Shown here piece by piece: positions 39,177 through 49,805 of a DNA stretch of 64,000 bases. The first letter of the stretch is position 1, and each line of letters opens with the position of its first letter. Where the stretch lies: NCBI GenBank assembly GCA_028289375.1, contig JANQQK010000086.1, positions 41,679 through 105,678 of the forward strand, written 5' to 3'. This stretch comes from Phycisphaerae bacterium. GTDB taxonomy: Bacteria; Planctomycetota; Phycisphaerae; UBA1845. The notes under the pieces were generated by a model. It saw only the letters and a program-made list of their open reading frames with translations. It was not told where the DNA came from and made no database searches. Made by a program: the position numbers and the translations under genes.

Positions 39177-39320
39177 ATCGTTCATGATTGCGTTTGCGGG
39201 GAAAACGGGGTCGATCTGCGTTCCCCGGCGGCTTGAAAGCGACTGCTATTGAATGATTTGCTCGATTTCGATGTGTGGATGATGTCCGCCTCGTGGGAGA
39301 ACCCGTGATTCCAGTGTCAT

Positions 39321-39341
39321 GGTGGGCGATGCCCACCCTAC
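39321..39341 (-). repeat. Solitary REP of the RAYT family
   Basis: GGTGGGCGATGCCCACCCTAC, same GTAG-GGTGGGC-NNN-GCCCACC pattern, downstream of tRNA-Pro. Confidence 0.85.
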
Positions 39342-39388
39342 ATTCGAGTTCACAGGTGGTAAGTAATTGTTTAACAGATGGATATGAA

Positions 39389-39463
39389 TCGGGGCGACTG
39401 GATTCGAACCAGCGACCTCTGCGTCCCGAACGCAGCGCTCTGGCCAGGCTGAGCTACGCCCCG
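39389..39463 (-). tRNA. tRNA-Pro(CGG)
   Basis: Minus-strand cloverleaf: acceptor CGGGGCG/CGCCCCG, anticodon arm CTGCG-TTCGGGA-CGCAG, T-loop TTCGAAT; CCA not encoded. Confidence 0.96.
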
Positions 39464-39523
39464 TTGTGAGTTTTATGCTAGACCTACTGTTGGGGAGTGT
39501 CAACGTGGGATGGGCGCGTTGCG

Positions 39524-41290
39524 CTAGGCCTTGGCGGATTGGGCGGTTTTGTCGGACGTTGGGTTGGACTCGGGGGTTGATTGGCCCAGGGCCGCACGAA
39601 CCAGACCGACGAACATTGGGTCCGGACGAAGAGGACGACTCGAAAGTTCGGCGTGGGCCTGGGTGGCAACGAAGTAGGGATGCACGTCATTGGGCAGTTC
39701 GAGAACCTGTGCGATCCGGCCATCCGGGGACTTGCCGGAGAATATCAGTCCCGCCGCCTCGATTTGCTCCATGTAGTCGGGACTGACCTCGTAACGGTGG
39801 CGGAAGCGGAGCCTGATCTTGGATGCGTCGCCGTACATAGCGGCGACGGTGGAGTGCGGCGTGAGTCTGACATCGTGGCCGCCGAGACGCATGTTGCCGC
39901 CGAGTTGGGTGATGCCGCGCTGTTCGGGCAGGATATCGATGACGGGATGGGCACAGTTTGAGTTGATCTCGGTGCTTTGCGCGTCTTCGAGGCCACAGAC
40001 GTTGCGGGCGAATTCCACGACGGCGATCTGAAATCCGTAGCAGAGGCCAAGGTAGGGGATGCGGTTTTCGCGCAGGTATTTGACGCACGCGAGCTTCCCT
40101 TCGACGCCCCGCGTGCCGAATCCGCCGGGGACAATGACGCCGTCGACGCCGGCGACGCGATCGGAGACGTTGGTCTCGTCGAGTTCGGTGCTGTCGATCC
40201 ACTCGATGCGAACCTTGGCTCCCAGGTGAACACCTGCGTGCTCAAGTGCCTGGATGATGCTGGCGTAGCTGTCGCGGAGAGAGGTGTACTTGCCGGTGAT
40301 GCCGATGGTGACGGGTTTGGCAGCTTCGCGAAAGCGTTTGATGTAGTTGTTCCAGATGTCGCGGCGTTCGTGTTCGCGGTCGGCGTTTACGCGGTCGCTG
40401 AGCTTGAGGTGGTCAAGGACGGCGGTGTCGATGCCGGCGTCGCGCAGCAATTCGGTGATAACATAGACACTGTCCACATCGTGCATGGAGAAGACGCGAT
40501 CGAGCGGCACGCTGGAGTACATGGCGATCTTCTCACGGACTTTCTTTGTGACAGGGTGTCGGGCACGGCAGGCAATGATGTGGGGCTGAATGCCGGCGCC
40601 CATGAGTTGCTTGAGGTTGAGTTGGGCGGGTTTGGACTTCTGTTCGCCGAGCATGGGCGGTTTCACGACGTAGGTAAGCGCGACGAAGCAGACGGAATTC
40701 GGGCCCTCCTCGAAGGCGAGTTCGCGGACGGCTTCGATGAGGTAGGCGTTTTCGACGTCGCCGACCGTTCCCCCGATCTCCACAAAGACGACGTCGGCGG
40801 CGCTGGCGACGGCCAGCTCGCGCAGGCAGTTTTTCACTTCGCCTGTCACGTGGGGGATCATCTGGACATCGCGGCCTAGGTAGCCGCCGCGACGCTCTTT
40901 CTCGAGCACGCGTGAGAAGACCTGACCACTGGTGACGAAATTGAGGCGGGACAAATCCTGATTGAGCATGCGCTCGTAGGTGCCGAGGTCCATGTCGCAT
41001 TCCATGCCGTCGTCGAGGACGAAAACCTCGCCGTGGCGGAATGGGTTGAGGGTGCCGGCGTCGCGGTTCAGATAGCCTTCAAGTTTGATGGGGGTAACAG
41101 AGAAACCCTTGTCTTGCAGAACCTTGGCGAGTGAGCTGGAGAAGATGCCCTTCCCGAGTCCGCTCATGACGGTCCCGAAAACGACGACGTACTTGCATTG
41201 GCCTGGCTTGTAGCCGGCGGGCATGGGGGTGTGGAATTCGGTGTCGTCGGAGACGTCGCTGATGGATGAGAGGATGTTTCGGCTATCCAT
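39524..41290 (-). CDS. pyrG: CTP synthase
   Basis: VMSGLGKG, GTLNPFRHGEVFVLDDG.E.DMDLG.YER, EIGGTVGD, VPGGFG.RG, GLCYG, RHRYEV; start ATG 41290. Confidence 0.96.
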   Translation of the reverse strand: MDSRNILSSISDVSDDTEFHTPMPAGYKPGQCKYVVVFGTVMSGLGKGIFSSSLAKVLQDKGFSVTPIKLEGYLNRDAGTLNPFRHGEVFVLDDGMECDMDLGTYERMLNQDLSRLNFVTSGQVFSRVLEKERRGGYLGRDVQMIPHVTGEVKNCLRELAVASAADVVFVEIGGTVGDVENAYLIEAVRELAFEEGPNSVCFVALTYVVKPPMLGEQKSKPAQLNLKQLMGAGIQPHIIACRARHPVTKKVREKIAMYSSVPLDRVFSMHDVDSVYVITELLRDAGIDTAVLDHLKLSDRVNADREHERRDIWNNYIKRFREAAKPVTIGITGKYTSLRDSYASIIQALEHAGVHLGAKVRIEWIDSTELDETNVSDRVAGVDGVIVPGGFGTRGVEGKLACVKYLRENRIPYLGLCYGFQIAVVEFARNVCGLEDAQSTEINSNCAHPVIDILPEQRGITQLGGNMRLGGHDVRLTPHSTVAAMYGDASKIRLRFRHRYEVSPDYMEQIEAAGLIFSGKSPDGRIAQVLELPNDVHPYFVATQAHAELSSRPLRPDPMFVGLVRAALGQSTPESNPTSDKTAQSAKA

Positions 41291-42047
41291 GGCTGGCCTC
41301 GATGGGGTTGGTGGTTTGGCGATGTCGTGAGACGAAGGCTTCGTAATCTTCCGGCGTATCGATGCCGACGGCGGCGGTCCTGACGACGCCAACGGCGATA
41401 TCGTGACCATGCTCGAGGACGCGGAGTTGTTCGAGACACTCGGTCTGTTCGATGGGCGTCGGGGCGAGAGCAGCGAGCTTCAAGAGGAACTCGCGCTGGT
41501 AGGCGTAGATGCCAAGGTGGAGATAGACCGGTGCGTGGTCCGGTTGTCGTGGATAGGGAATGCGACTTCGTGAAAAGTAGAGGGCGCGGTGTTGGCTGAT
41601 GACGACCTTGACGCAGTTCGGATCGTCGGGGTCGGCATCGAAGCCCGTGCGCTTCAGGTCGGCGAAGTCGCACGCGAGGGTGCCGATCGGATGTCCTGTG
41701 TCGGTCATCAGCTTTACGAGGGTATCGATCGAGGCGGGTTCGATTTCGGGCTCATCGCCCTGCACATTGATGATGAGATCGGCTTGAACCGCCTTTGCGA
41801 CTTCGGCAACGCGATCGGTACCCGACGGGTGGTCGGCACGCGTCATGGCGACGTTGCCACCGAATGAGCGTACAGCGTCGGCGATACGGTTATCGTCGGT
41901 GGCGACGATCACGTCATCGACGCACGCAGCGCGGGCGGCTTGTTCGTATACGTGCTGGATCAGGTACTTGCCGGTCTGATTGGCGAGAGGTTTTCCGGGA
42001 AAACGGGTGGAATCGTAGCGGGCGGGAATGACGACGATTGCCTTCAT
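41283..42047 (-). CDS. kdsB: 3-deoxy-manno-octulosonate cytidylyltransferase
   Basis: IPARYDSTRFPGKPL, SGTDR, NVQGDEP, ALYFSRS.IPY, HLGIYAY, LEQLR. Confidence 0.96.
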   Translation of the reverse strand: MKAIVVIPARYDSTRFPGKPLANQTGKYLIQHVYEQAARAACVDDVIVATDDNRIADAVRSFGGNVAMTRADHPSGTDRVAEVAKAVQADLIINVQGDEPEIEPASIDTLVKLMTDTGHPIGTLACDFADLKRTGFDADPDDPNCVKVVISQHRALYFSRSRIPYPRQPDHAPVYLHLGIYAYQREFLLKLAALAPTPIEQTECLEQLRVLEHGHDIAVGVVRTAAVGIDTPEDYEAFVSRHRQTTNPIEASHG

Positions 42048-42234
42048 GACGTCGTCGCCGGGGCATCTGGATGTCGATATTTGTGGTGCACTTTCGGAAC
42101 ATAACGGTGACACATGGTGTCGTCAAAGATTCGCCTGATTCGGCGCCCTTTCGTGCTTGTTGCATCGCGGCATCGATGACAACGTGGTCCGTGGCGGGTA
42201 GAGTCGCGTCGAACGCGGGGAGGTGACCGTCAGG

Positions 42235-43677
42235 ATGAAGATCAAGCTGCACAATCTGATTTTCGTGGCCATGATTGTCGGCGTTGCGGTCGGTCTGGCC
42301 CTTTGGTGGGTCGACAAGCGGCAGGGCGACGAGGAGAGCGCAACGGTCGCCCAGATTCTGTGGTGGCTTGACCTGTTCGGTCCGACGATCTTCATGGGTG
42401 CGTTGAAGATGATCATCGCGCCGTTGATCTTCGCGAGCATCGTGTCCGGGGTGACGTCTCTGCCGGACATGAGCGAGCTGGGGAAGATCGGCTGGAAAAC
42501 GATGGCGTACTACGTCACGACGACGAGCGTGGCGGTGCTGATCGGGCTGGTGTTCGTGCTGATGATTCAGCCAGGGACGAAATCATCGGCTCAAAGCCTT
42601 CGCGAAACCCGTCAGGGCGAACTTGCGGAGCGTCGCAAGGAATTTGCCGCATCCACCAATCGCGACCCGTTGAATGAATCGGGCAAGCCGACCGGGGAGT
42701 ATCTGAGTTGGCTTGCAGGACGCGAGGGTGGGAAACAGGCGTCCGGACACGAGGCAGCGCGATTCAGCAAGCTGGAAGGTGCCGGCTCGCGGACGGCGGG
42801 GGATATCTTCAAGGATGACATTATCAAACCGCTTCTGATGAACCCGTTTCGATCGTTGTCGGCTGATCCGCCGAACTCGCTGGGGATCATCTTTTTTGCA
42901 TTGCTGACGGGCGTGGCGTGCACGGTGGTCGGGGAAGCAGCCGCTCCGGTTGTCCGGTTTTTTCAAGGCCTGAACGAAGTTGTGATGCAGGTCACGCATT
43001 GGCTGATGGCGGTGTCGCCATTTGCGATCGCGTGCATCATGGCGGGGCTTGTGGCTGAGAATGGTCCGGACATATTTCAGACACTGGGGTGGTATTGCGG
43101 GACGGTGATCGGTGCGATTCTGGTACATATTCTGGCGTTGCTGACAATCTGTCGACTGCTCGGCGGCGTGGGGCCAATCGCTTTGTTCCGGGGAATTCGC
43201 GAGGCGTACATGATCGCGTTCACGACCCGTTCGAGCGCAGCCACGTTGCCGATCACGATTGAGAATGTGACCGAGAAGCTCGATGTCTCGCCGAAGGTGG
43301 CCAACTTCTCGCTTCCGCTGGGGGCGACGATGAACATGGACGGGACGGCGCTCTATGAGGGAGTCGCGATCATCTTCCTGATCCAGATCTATGGCGGACT
43401 GGACGATGTGTCGATCGCGATGACGTTTGCGACGACGATATTGATCTTTATTACGGCGGTGCTGGCGAGCGTGGGGGCGGCGGCGGTGCCGGATGCTGGG
43501 CTGGTGACGATGGTGCTGGTGGCCAGTGCGGTGCACCTGCCGATTTACTATATTCCGTTGATCTTCGCGGTTGATGCGTTTCTGGATATGTTCCGTACGT
43601 CGACGAATGTGCTGGGCGATTCAATCGGGGCGATCGTCGTGAATCGGCTCGAGCGCGGGCGGCTGGAGGCAACGTAG
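42235..43677 (+). CDS. Dicarboxylate/amino acid:cation symporter (DAACS)
   Basis: LKMIIAPL, AFTTRSSAATLP, GATMNMDGTALY, GAAAVP, DMFRTSTNV.GD. Confidence 0.95.
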   Translation: MKIKLHNLIFVAMIVGVAVGLALWWVDKRQGDEESATVAQILWWLDLFGPTIFMGALKMIIAPLIFASIVSGVTSLPDMSELGKIGWKTMAYYVTTTSVAVLIGLVFVLMIQPGTKSSAQSLRETRQGELAERRKEFAASTNRDPLNESGKPTGEYLSWLAGREGGKQASGHEAARFSKLEGAGSRTAGDIFKDDIIKPLLMNPFRSLSADPPNSLGIIFFALLTGVACTVVGEAAAPVVRFFQGLNEVVMQVTHWLMAVSPFAIACIMAGLVAENGPDIFQTLGWYCGTVIGAILVHILALLTICRLLGGVGPIALFRGIREAYMIAFTTRSSAATLPITIENVTEKLDVSPKVANFSLPLGATMNMDGTALYEGVAIIFLIQIYGGLDDVSIAMTFATTILIFITAVLASVGAAAVPDAGLVTMVLVASAVHLPIYYIPLIFAVDAFLDMFRTSTNVLGDSIGAIVVNRLERGRLEAT

Positions 43678-43699
43678 TTCATTATTTGCAGGGGATGAT

Positions 43700-44155
43700 G
43701 TGATGTCAGAACACAAGGTGACAACAACCTGGGTCCGGACGACGCCCGGGTTTGGCTACGAGGAGTACAACCGGGAGCACGTGTGGCACTTCGAAGGCGG
43801 GACGGAGGTTACCGGGTCAGCCGCTCCGGATTTTCTCGGCAAGGCTGAGTGCGTCGATCCGGAGCAGGCGTTCGTGGCGTCGCTGTCGAGCTGCCACATG
43901 CTGTTCGTGTTGGCGATTGCAGCCAAGAAGCGGTTGACGGTGGATCGGTACACGGATGACGCGGTCGGAATTCTGGAGAAGAACGAGGACGGCAAGATGG
44001 CCGTCACGCGGGTGGTTCTGCGGCCCAAGATCACGTTCTCGGGCGAGAAGATCCCGTCGGCAGACGATGTGGCCGGGATTCACGACAAGGCGCACGCGGG
44101 TTGTTTCATCGCGAACTCGGTGAAGACGACAGTGACAGTCGAGCCGATGGGATAG
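43700..44155 (+). CDS. OsmC/Ohr family protein
   Basis: YNREH, DPEQAFVASLSSCHML, AH..CFIANSV. Confidence 0.93.
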   Translation: MMSEHKVTTTWVRTTPGFGYEEYNREHVWHFEGGTEVTGSAAPDFLGKAECVDPEQAFVASLSSCHMLFVLAIAAKKRLTVDRYTDDAVGILEKNEDGKMAVTRVVLRPKITFSGEKIPSADDVAGIHDKAHAGCFIANSVKTTVTVEPMG

Positions 44156-44218
44156 TTGGAGGGTTGCAGGCCCAATGCCGCGTACTATCCTCATAGTGAT
44201 GATATGAGGTGAAATGCT

Positions 44219-45334
44219 ATGATCGAACGGCTTTACGTCCATAACTACCGGTGCCTAGAGAACTTCACGCTCGATTTTCAACGGCAGCGTTCAGCCGTCT
44301 TGATCGGCAAGAACGGCGCCGGCAAGTCGACCGTTCTGGACGCATTGCGCGTGTTCCAGTCGATCTGCCGAGGCCCCAATCGAGTGCGGGACGTTATTCG
44401 CGCGAAGGACTTCGCGCAAAATGAGAAGAATCGCCCCATGCGCTTTGAGGTAGATCTGTCACTTGGCGAACGCAAGTTTAGATATGCTGTTGCTTTCGAA
44501 TGGCCTTCAGACTTTCACGAAGCTCGCATCGGCATGGAAGAGTTATCCAGCGACGGAGTCGCGGTATTCACTCGACATCAAGGACAAGTTCAACTGACTG
44601 GCGGTGCACAATTCGGATTGGACTGGCACGTCTTCGCCTTGCCCGTCGTCAACGAGAATCCAACTGAACGATCGATCCAAGACGTCAGAGCCTTCTTTGC
44701 GAACATGATTCTTGTTGCACCAATTCCCCAGCTAATGACGGGACTCTCAGACGAGCCCCGAACGGATCTGGATCGGCAAGCACTCAATTACGCCTCATGT
44801 TTGCGTGCAATATTTCAGACGAGACCCAAGTCCTACGGTGTGTTTGAGTCATTTGTTAAGGACGTATTGCCCGATTTCTCGTCACTTGAGAATGATCCGC
44901 GAGGCAAAGAGGGCGGTAGTCAACAAATCGTCACATTCGAGACGACAAATCCGCTCGGGACATTGCAGCTTGATTTTGATGAACTTTCGGACGGCGAGAA
45001 ATGCTTCTTCCTCTCTGCCTACGTCATCGCCGCCAGCGCAGTCCGTACGAAAACAGATCCACCCGTCATCTGTGTGTGGGACGAGCCAGACCACCACCTA
45101 TCACTATCTGAGGTGGGACACTTTATCACAGCCTTGCGAAGAATGACCAACCTAGGCGGACAATTTATCGCAACAACGCACCACCCCGAGACCATTCGAA
45201 AGTTCTCAGAAGACAATACATTCGTCCTCACACGCAACTCACATGTGGAGCCCACAATCGTCAAACTGCTCAACACATACTCCTACAATGGCGATTTGAT
45301 TCATGCGCTCATTCGCGATGAGATCATCGGATGA
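44219..45334 (+). CDS. ABC-type (AAA_21-like) ATPase
   Basis: IERLYVHNYRCL, Walker A GKNGAGKS, signature LSDGE, Walker B VWDEPD, H-loop TTHH; no TM partner. Confidence 0.88.
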   Translation: MIERLYVHNYRCLENFTLDFQRQRSAVLIGKNGAGKSTVLDALRVFQSICRGPNRVRDVIRAKDFAQNEKNRPMRFEVDLSLGERKFRYAVAFEWPSDFHEARIGMEELSSDGVAVFTRHQGQVQLTGGAQFGLDWHVFALPVVNENPTERSIQDVRAFFANMILVAPIPQLMTGLSDEPRTDLDRQALNYASCLRAIFQTRPKSYGVFESFVKDVLPDFSSLENDPRGKEGGSQQIVTFETTNPLGTLQLDFDELSDGEKCFFLSAYVIAASAVRTKTDPPVICVWDEPDHHLSLSEVGHFITALRRMTNLGGQFIATTHHPETIRKFSEDNTFVLTRNSHVEPTIVKLLNTYSYNGDLIHALIRDEIIG

Positions 45335-45813
45335 GCGTGGACAAATACAAGTCACACGTCTTCGTGATTCCCGAGGATGCACGGGATGAACAGATAGCCA
45401 ACGGGTTTACAAACCACCCGAAAGTCACCGCTCGCCAAATTCAAGTGATGCCGGTGGCGGGAGGTTGGGGCAAAGTACTTAAGACCTTTAAAGACGAGTA
45501 CATCTCGCGGCTAGAACAGTGCCCAAAATGTCATGTTGTCATGCTTATCGACTTTGATGAAAAGACCGAACAACGCCAAGAGAAGTTCGACAACGACATC
45601 CCAGATGCCTTAAGTGAGCGCGTGTTTGTTGTTGGGCCGCGGGACACACCTGAAGCATTGAAGAGCTCGCTACACAAGGGGTACGAGGACATCGGCTGGA
45701 CACTCGCGGACGAATGCTTCAGCGGGAATGCGACTCTATGGGAACACGAACAACTCAAGCACAACGATTTCGCACGACTTGAGTCTGTGTTGAAACCAAT
45801 CCTCTTTAGCTAA
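45331..45813 (+). CDS. Small TOPRIM-like protein coupled to the ATPase
   Basis: FVIPED..D, AGGW.KV, VMLIDFD, PE; ATGA overlap with the ATPase stop codon. Confidence 0.7.
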   Translation: MSVDKYKSHVFVIPEDARDEQIANGFTNHPKVTARQIQVMPVAGGWGKVLKTFKDEYISRLEQCPKCHVVMLIDFDEKTEQRQEKFDNDIPDALSERVFVVGPRDTPEALKSSLHKGYEDIGWTLADECFSGNATLWEHEQLKHNDFARLESVLKPILFS

Positions 45814-46070
45814 TCGATCATAAACGACGACGGCAGGCCAGAACTCCATTGCTAGCCACTGGTCATTCGGGTGCACTGCTAGCAAATTTCAGGAATCCCA
45901 CAGCCACGAACGAAAGGGGATTGCGAACTGGCCCTGCACTCCCAGATTGGCCGCCGCGTCTGGAGTGCAGTATGATCCGCGGAGCCTGTCGGTTGCGGGG
46001 AGTCCGGTGAAGGTCCGCCGGTGGCACTGACGGCAGTGTGACCATCCTCGATTCTGGAGCTTAGACAACC

Positions 46071-47879
46071 TTGGAAAACAGCAAGATTCGCAACGTGGCG
46101 ATCATCGCGCACGTCGATCACGGTAAGACCACGCTGGTCGATCAGATGCTCAAGCAGAGCGGGCAGTTCCGCGAGGGACAGCTCAAAGGCGAACGCATTC
46201 TCGATTCCAACGATCAGGAACGCGAACGCGGTATCACCATCCTCTCCAAGAACATCGCCGTTCAATACAAAGACACCAAAATCAACCTGATCGACACGCC
46301 AGGCCACGCCGACTTCGGCGGGGAGGTCGAGCGCGTGCTGATGATGGCTGACGGGTGCCTGCTGCTGGTCGATGCGTTTGAAGGACCGATGCCGCAGACG
46401 CGGTTCGTGCTTCGCAAGGCGTTCGAGTCGCATTTGAGGCCTGTCGTGGTGATCAACAAGATCGACCGTCCCGAGGGGCGACCGGCTGAGGTGCTCGACG
46501 AGGTTCTCGACCTGTTCATCGAGCTTGGGGCAGACGATGAGGCGCTGGAGTTTCCAACCATTTACGCATCTGGGACGCAGGGGTTCGCGACGACCGATCC
46601 CGACAAGCTGACTGATGACATGTCGGCGTTGTTCGAGACCATCGTGCAGCATGTTCCCGAACCGGAGGTCGATCTGACGTCGCCGCTGCAGATGCTGATC
46701 ACGACGCTGGACTACAACGATTACGTCGGGCGGATCGGGATCGGGCGTGTGCACGCGGGGACGATTCATTCCGGTGAAGATGTAATGGTCATCCACCGCG
46801 ACGGGACGGAGAAGAAGGAGCGCGTCGGGGAACTGTTTTTGTTCGACGGGCTGGGCCGCGAGAAGGTCTCCGAGGTTACGGCCGGGGATATCTGTGCGGT
46901 GGTAGGCCTCGACAGTGTCGACATCGGCAACACGATCGCCGACCCGGAAAACGCGAAGCCGCTGCCCATCATCCGCATCGACGAGCCGACGCTGCACATG
47001 ACATTCGCGGTGAACAATTCGCCGTTTGCCGGACGAAGCGGGCAATACGTGACCAGCCGCAACATTCGCGATCGACTCGAGCGGGAGTTGCAGACGAACG
47101 TGGCCCTTCGCGTGGAACCGGGTGCGACGCCTGAGGAGTTTCATGTGTCCGGTCGCGGCATGCTGCATCTGTCGGTGCTGATGGAGACCATGCGACGCGA
47201 AGGGTTCGAGCTGGCCGTCGGCAAGCCGAAGGTGATCTATCGCGAGTTGGACGGGAAGAAGACCGAGCCGATCGAGCAGTGCGTGATCGACGTGCCGAGC
47301 GAGCATGTCGGGGCCGTGATGGAATTGATGGGCACGCGGCGTGCGATCTGCAAGAACATGGACAATCGCGGGGCGGGGTCGCTGATCGAGTTCACCATAC
47401 CGGCCCGCGGGTTGATCGGGTTGCGTAATCGCATGCTGACGGCCACCAACGGCACGGCCATCATGCACCACAATTTCTATGAGTATGAGTTTTTCCGGGG
47501 GAGCATTCCGGGGCGGGCGAACGGGTCGCTGATGGCCAGCGAGCCGGGGCAGGTGACGGCCCACGCATTGGAAGGGCTTTCCAGTCGTGGCGAATTTTTC
47601 GTCAAGCCGGGCGATCAGGTGTATGAGGGGCAGATCGTCGGGGAACACTGCCGGGATAACGACCTCGGCGTAAACGTCTGCCGGACGAAGAAGCTGACCA
47701 ACATTCGGGCGGCGTCGGCGGACAAGACCGTCGTGCTGAAACCGCCACGCGAGTTGTCATTGGAATTGGCGCTCGAGTTCATCGAGGATGACGAACTGGT
47801 CGAAGTGACGCCGGAGGCGATCCGGATGCGCAAACGGTTGCTGAAGGAATCCGACCGCCGCCGAGCGGCGCGGAAGTAG
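46071..47879 (+). CDS. typA: Translational GTPase TypA/BipA
   Basis: [50 protein letters not shown]. Confidence 0.97.
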   Translation: MENSKIRNVAIIAHVDHGKTTLVDQMLKQSGQFREGQLKGERILDSNDQERERGITILSKNIAVQYKDTKINLIDTPGHADFGGEVERVLMMADGCLLLVDAFEGPMPQTRFVLRKAFESHLRPVVVINKIDRPEGRPAEVLDEVLDLFIELGADDEALEFPTIYASGTQGFATTDPDKLTDDMSALFETIVQHVPEPEVDLTSPLQMLITTLDYNDYVGRIGIGRVHAGTIHSGEDVMVIHRDGTEKKERVGELFLFDGLGREKVSEVTAGDICAVVGLDSVDIGNTIADPENAKPLPIIRIDEPTLHMTFAVNNSPFAGRSGQYVTSRNIRDRLERELQTNVALRVEPGATPEEFHVSGRGMLHLSVLMETMRREGFELAVGKPKVIYRELDGKKTEPIEQCVIDVPSEHVGAVMELMGTRRAICKNMDNRGAGSLIEFTIPARGLIGLRNRMLTATNGTAIMHHNFYEYEFFRGSIPGRANGSLMASEPGQVTAHALEGLSSRGEFFVKPGDQVYEGQIVGEHCRDNDLGVNVCRTKKLTNIRAASADKTVVLKPPRELSLELALEFIEDDELVEVTPEAIRMRKRLLKESDRRRAARK

Positions 47880-48008
47880 CGGTTTCCGATCATTTCGAGA
47901 AAACAGGCTGCGACGGCGGGGAAGGTGTCGTTTCCATGCCATGCACAACACTGTAACATGCTCGGCTTGGTCCTCGCATCCTCTTTCCTTACTTCGTACA
48001 CTGCCTGA

Positions 48009-49166
48009 ATGCCTGCCACCGTATTGCGGCTGATCTCCCCCCTGTTGCTGTTCGGGGCCGTGACGACTTGCGCAACGGGTGAACCGCCGGGCACGTTCGA
48101 AATCGTCTATGGCGAGAACGCGCGTGTTCAACAGGTGAACATGGGCGGCGGGCTACTTCATCTGCTTGTGTCGAACAGGGGCATGAATCCATGGACTGCA
48201 TGCTCGGTGGGTCACGACGCGCTTCACCATTGGTCCGAACATCTGGAGATGCTGAACACTAGGGCTATCCTGACCGATGCAATCCAACGCGATGCGGTCT
48301 TCGCAATTGAATACACCGTTCCGGAAGGCTTCGACGTGCCCTACATTCGGAAGCTATTCTTCATGCGGCAGTTGGCTACGGACAGTTCGAACAGAGCACG
48401 CGTATTCCCGAGCAGGATTGAACTTGAGCGGGATGAGTTCGTACTCGGCGTGCTTGAGAGCAAGAGAGATACTCTCGTCACGTCGCGTCGCATGGTGCAG
48501 CTTGGCAAAACCGATCTTGTCGAAACCCGGTTTCCTTCCCGAATTCCAGTTTATGGCCGGGCGATGTGCGACATCTCCGGTAACGAATTGCTTTGCGGGT
48601 GGAATGAGAGCGGAATCGGCGGTGCTCCACGTCTGCATCGCATTGCACTTGACGCAGAAGGACGGGGACGCGTGATGGATCAAACCTCGTTACTTGAGTC
48701 GTCTCCTTCAAGAAGACTGACCGGCGTGTGTGCCTCGCCTCAGGGCGATGGTTTGTTCTTCGTCTCGACAGGATCGCTTGCAAAGGGTGGCGCGTTGTTG
48801 ACGATTGGTTCGACCGGCGAGGTTGAGAAGATATTTGACCAATCCCGAAGAGGACGCCCAAGCTGTATCAGCGGTATCGAGGACGTCGAAGTGCACATTC
48901 GGGGTGACGAAGCATATTCAAGTCCGGTACTTGGAATCGGTCCAACAGCAGACGGGATTGCGTTCGTGACCGATCGAAGCGTTTATCAACTTTCGAGAGG
49001 CGAGATTGAAAGCCTTGGAAGTGCGCAGTACGAACTAATTGGCAATTTCTATGTTGCGCGGAATGTGAAGAGTGTATTCCTAGTACTGGAGCGATCAGCC
49101 ACGCTTGAGGGTATGCAGCGCGAAAGTCGACGCTGCCAATCGCGTGTGTATGTCATTCGAAGGTGA
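48009..49166 (+). CDS. Hypothetical secreted protein
   Basis: 385-aa ORF filling the intergenic space, signal-peptide-like N-terminus, visibly lower GC; no recognisable motif. Confidence 0.5.
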   Translation: MPATVLRLISPLLLFGAVTTCATGEPPGTFEIVYGENARVQQVNMGGGLLHLLVSNRGMNPWTACSVGHDALHHWSEHLEMLNTRAILTDAIQRDAVFAIEYTVPEGFDVPYIRKLFFMRQLATDSSNRARVFPSRIELERDEFVLGVLESKRDTLVTSRRMVQLGKTDLVETRFPSRIPVYGRAMCDISGNELLCGWNESGIGGAPRLHRIALDAEGRGRVMDQTSLLESSPSRRLTGVCASPQGDGLFFVSTGSLAKGGALLTIGSTGEVEKIFDQSRRGRPSCISGIEDVEVHIRGDEAYSSPVLGIGPTADGIAFVTDRSVYQLSRGEIESLGSAQYELIGNFYVARNVKSVFLVLERSATLEGMQRESRRCQSRVYVIRR

Positions 49167-49232
49167 TATTACTGAAAATACTGCACTCGCCTCGACACTA
49201 ACACATCGCAACCCGAGGCGTGCCGCAAGGCC

Positions 49233-49748
49233 ATGGAGAGCGAGATGAGAGAATCGGACATGACGCACGAAGTGTTCAGCTACAGCGACTGGGCCAACGG
49301 GGTAGTTCTGGAGGCGGCGGCGGGGTTGTCAGATGGGCAGCTTGATGAGCCTTTTGATATGAGTGTGGGGACGTTGCGGCGGATTTTGCTGCACATTCTC
49401 AATGGGGAAGAGGTGTGGCTGAAACGGTGGCAGGGGGAGGCGGAGACGCCTTGGCCTGGGGAGGCGGCGAAGACGGGTGTGGCTGACATGGCTGATCGGT
49501 TCAGGGCGTGTTGGCAGAAGCGCGATGCGTTTCTGGAATCGCTTGATGATGCCGACATGGGCCGGCGGCTGACGTATCGGGATTCGAAGGGAGCGTTGTT
49601 CTCAGCCACGCTGGGGGAGATGGTGTTGCAGATGGCGATTCATTCGGCGCATCATCGGGCGCAGGCGGTGAACATGATCCGGCGTGTGGGTGGGCCTGGG
49701 TTGGAAATGGATTACATGGCCCATGTGCGAAAACCGGCGGAGGGGTAG
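49233..49748 (+). CDS. DinB family protein
   Basis: YSDWAN, TLRRILLHI...E..W, HSAHHRAQ. Confidence 0.9.
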   Translation: MESEMRESDMTHEVFSYSDWANGVVLEAAAGLSDGQLDEPFDMSVGTLRRILLHILNGEEVWLKRWQGEAETPWPGEAAKTGVADMADRFRACWQKRDAFLESLDDADMGRRLTYRDSKGALFSATLGEMVLQMAIHSAHHRAQAVNMIRRVGGPGLEMDYMAHVRKPAEG

Positions 49749-49805
49749 GACGAACGCGAAATGCCGGTCGGCGTCGCATTCATGATGGACGCACCGCTGC
49801 CTTCC

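Noticed and set aside
39171-39197. Zur/Fur box over the RAPP-operon promoter (ATGCAAATC-N6-GATTGCGT)
   Set aside because: The symmetry is imperfect and matches no consensus I can assert for this lineage, so it was not called as a feature.
32940-39389. Integrative island at the tRNA-Pro 3' end
   Set aside because: No integrase, and no duplicated tRNA 3' end was seen bounding the region. The partial match ATCGGGGCGAC near 10177 lies inside prpC and is probably chance.
45879-47648. 589-aa antisense ORF (likewise 19227-20396, 31312-32697, 60977-62428, 56280-57452)
   Set aside because: These are shadows of well-supported genes on the opposite strand in GC-rich DNA and have no recognisable motifs.
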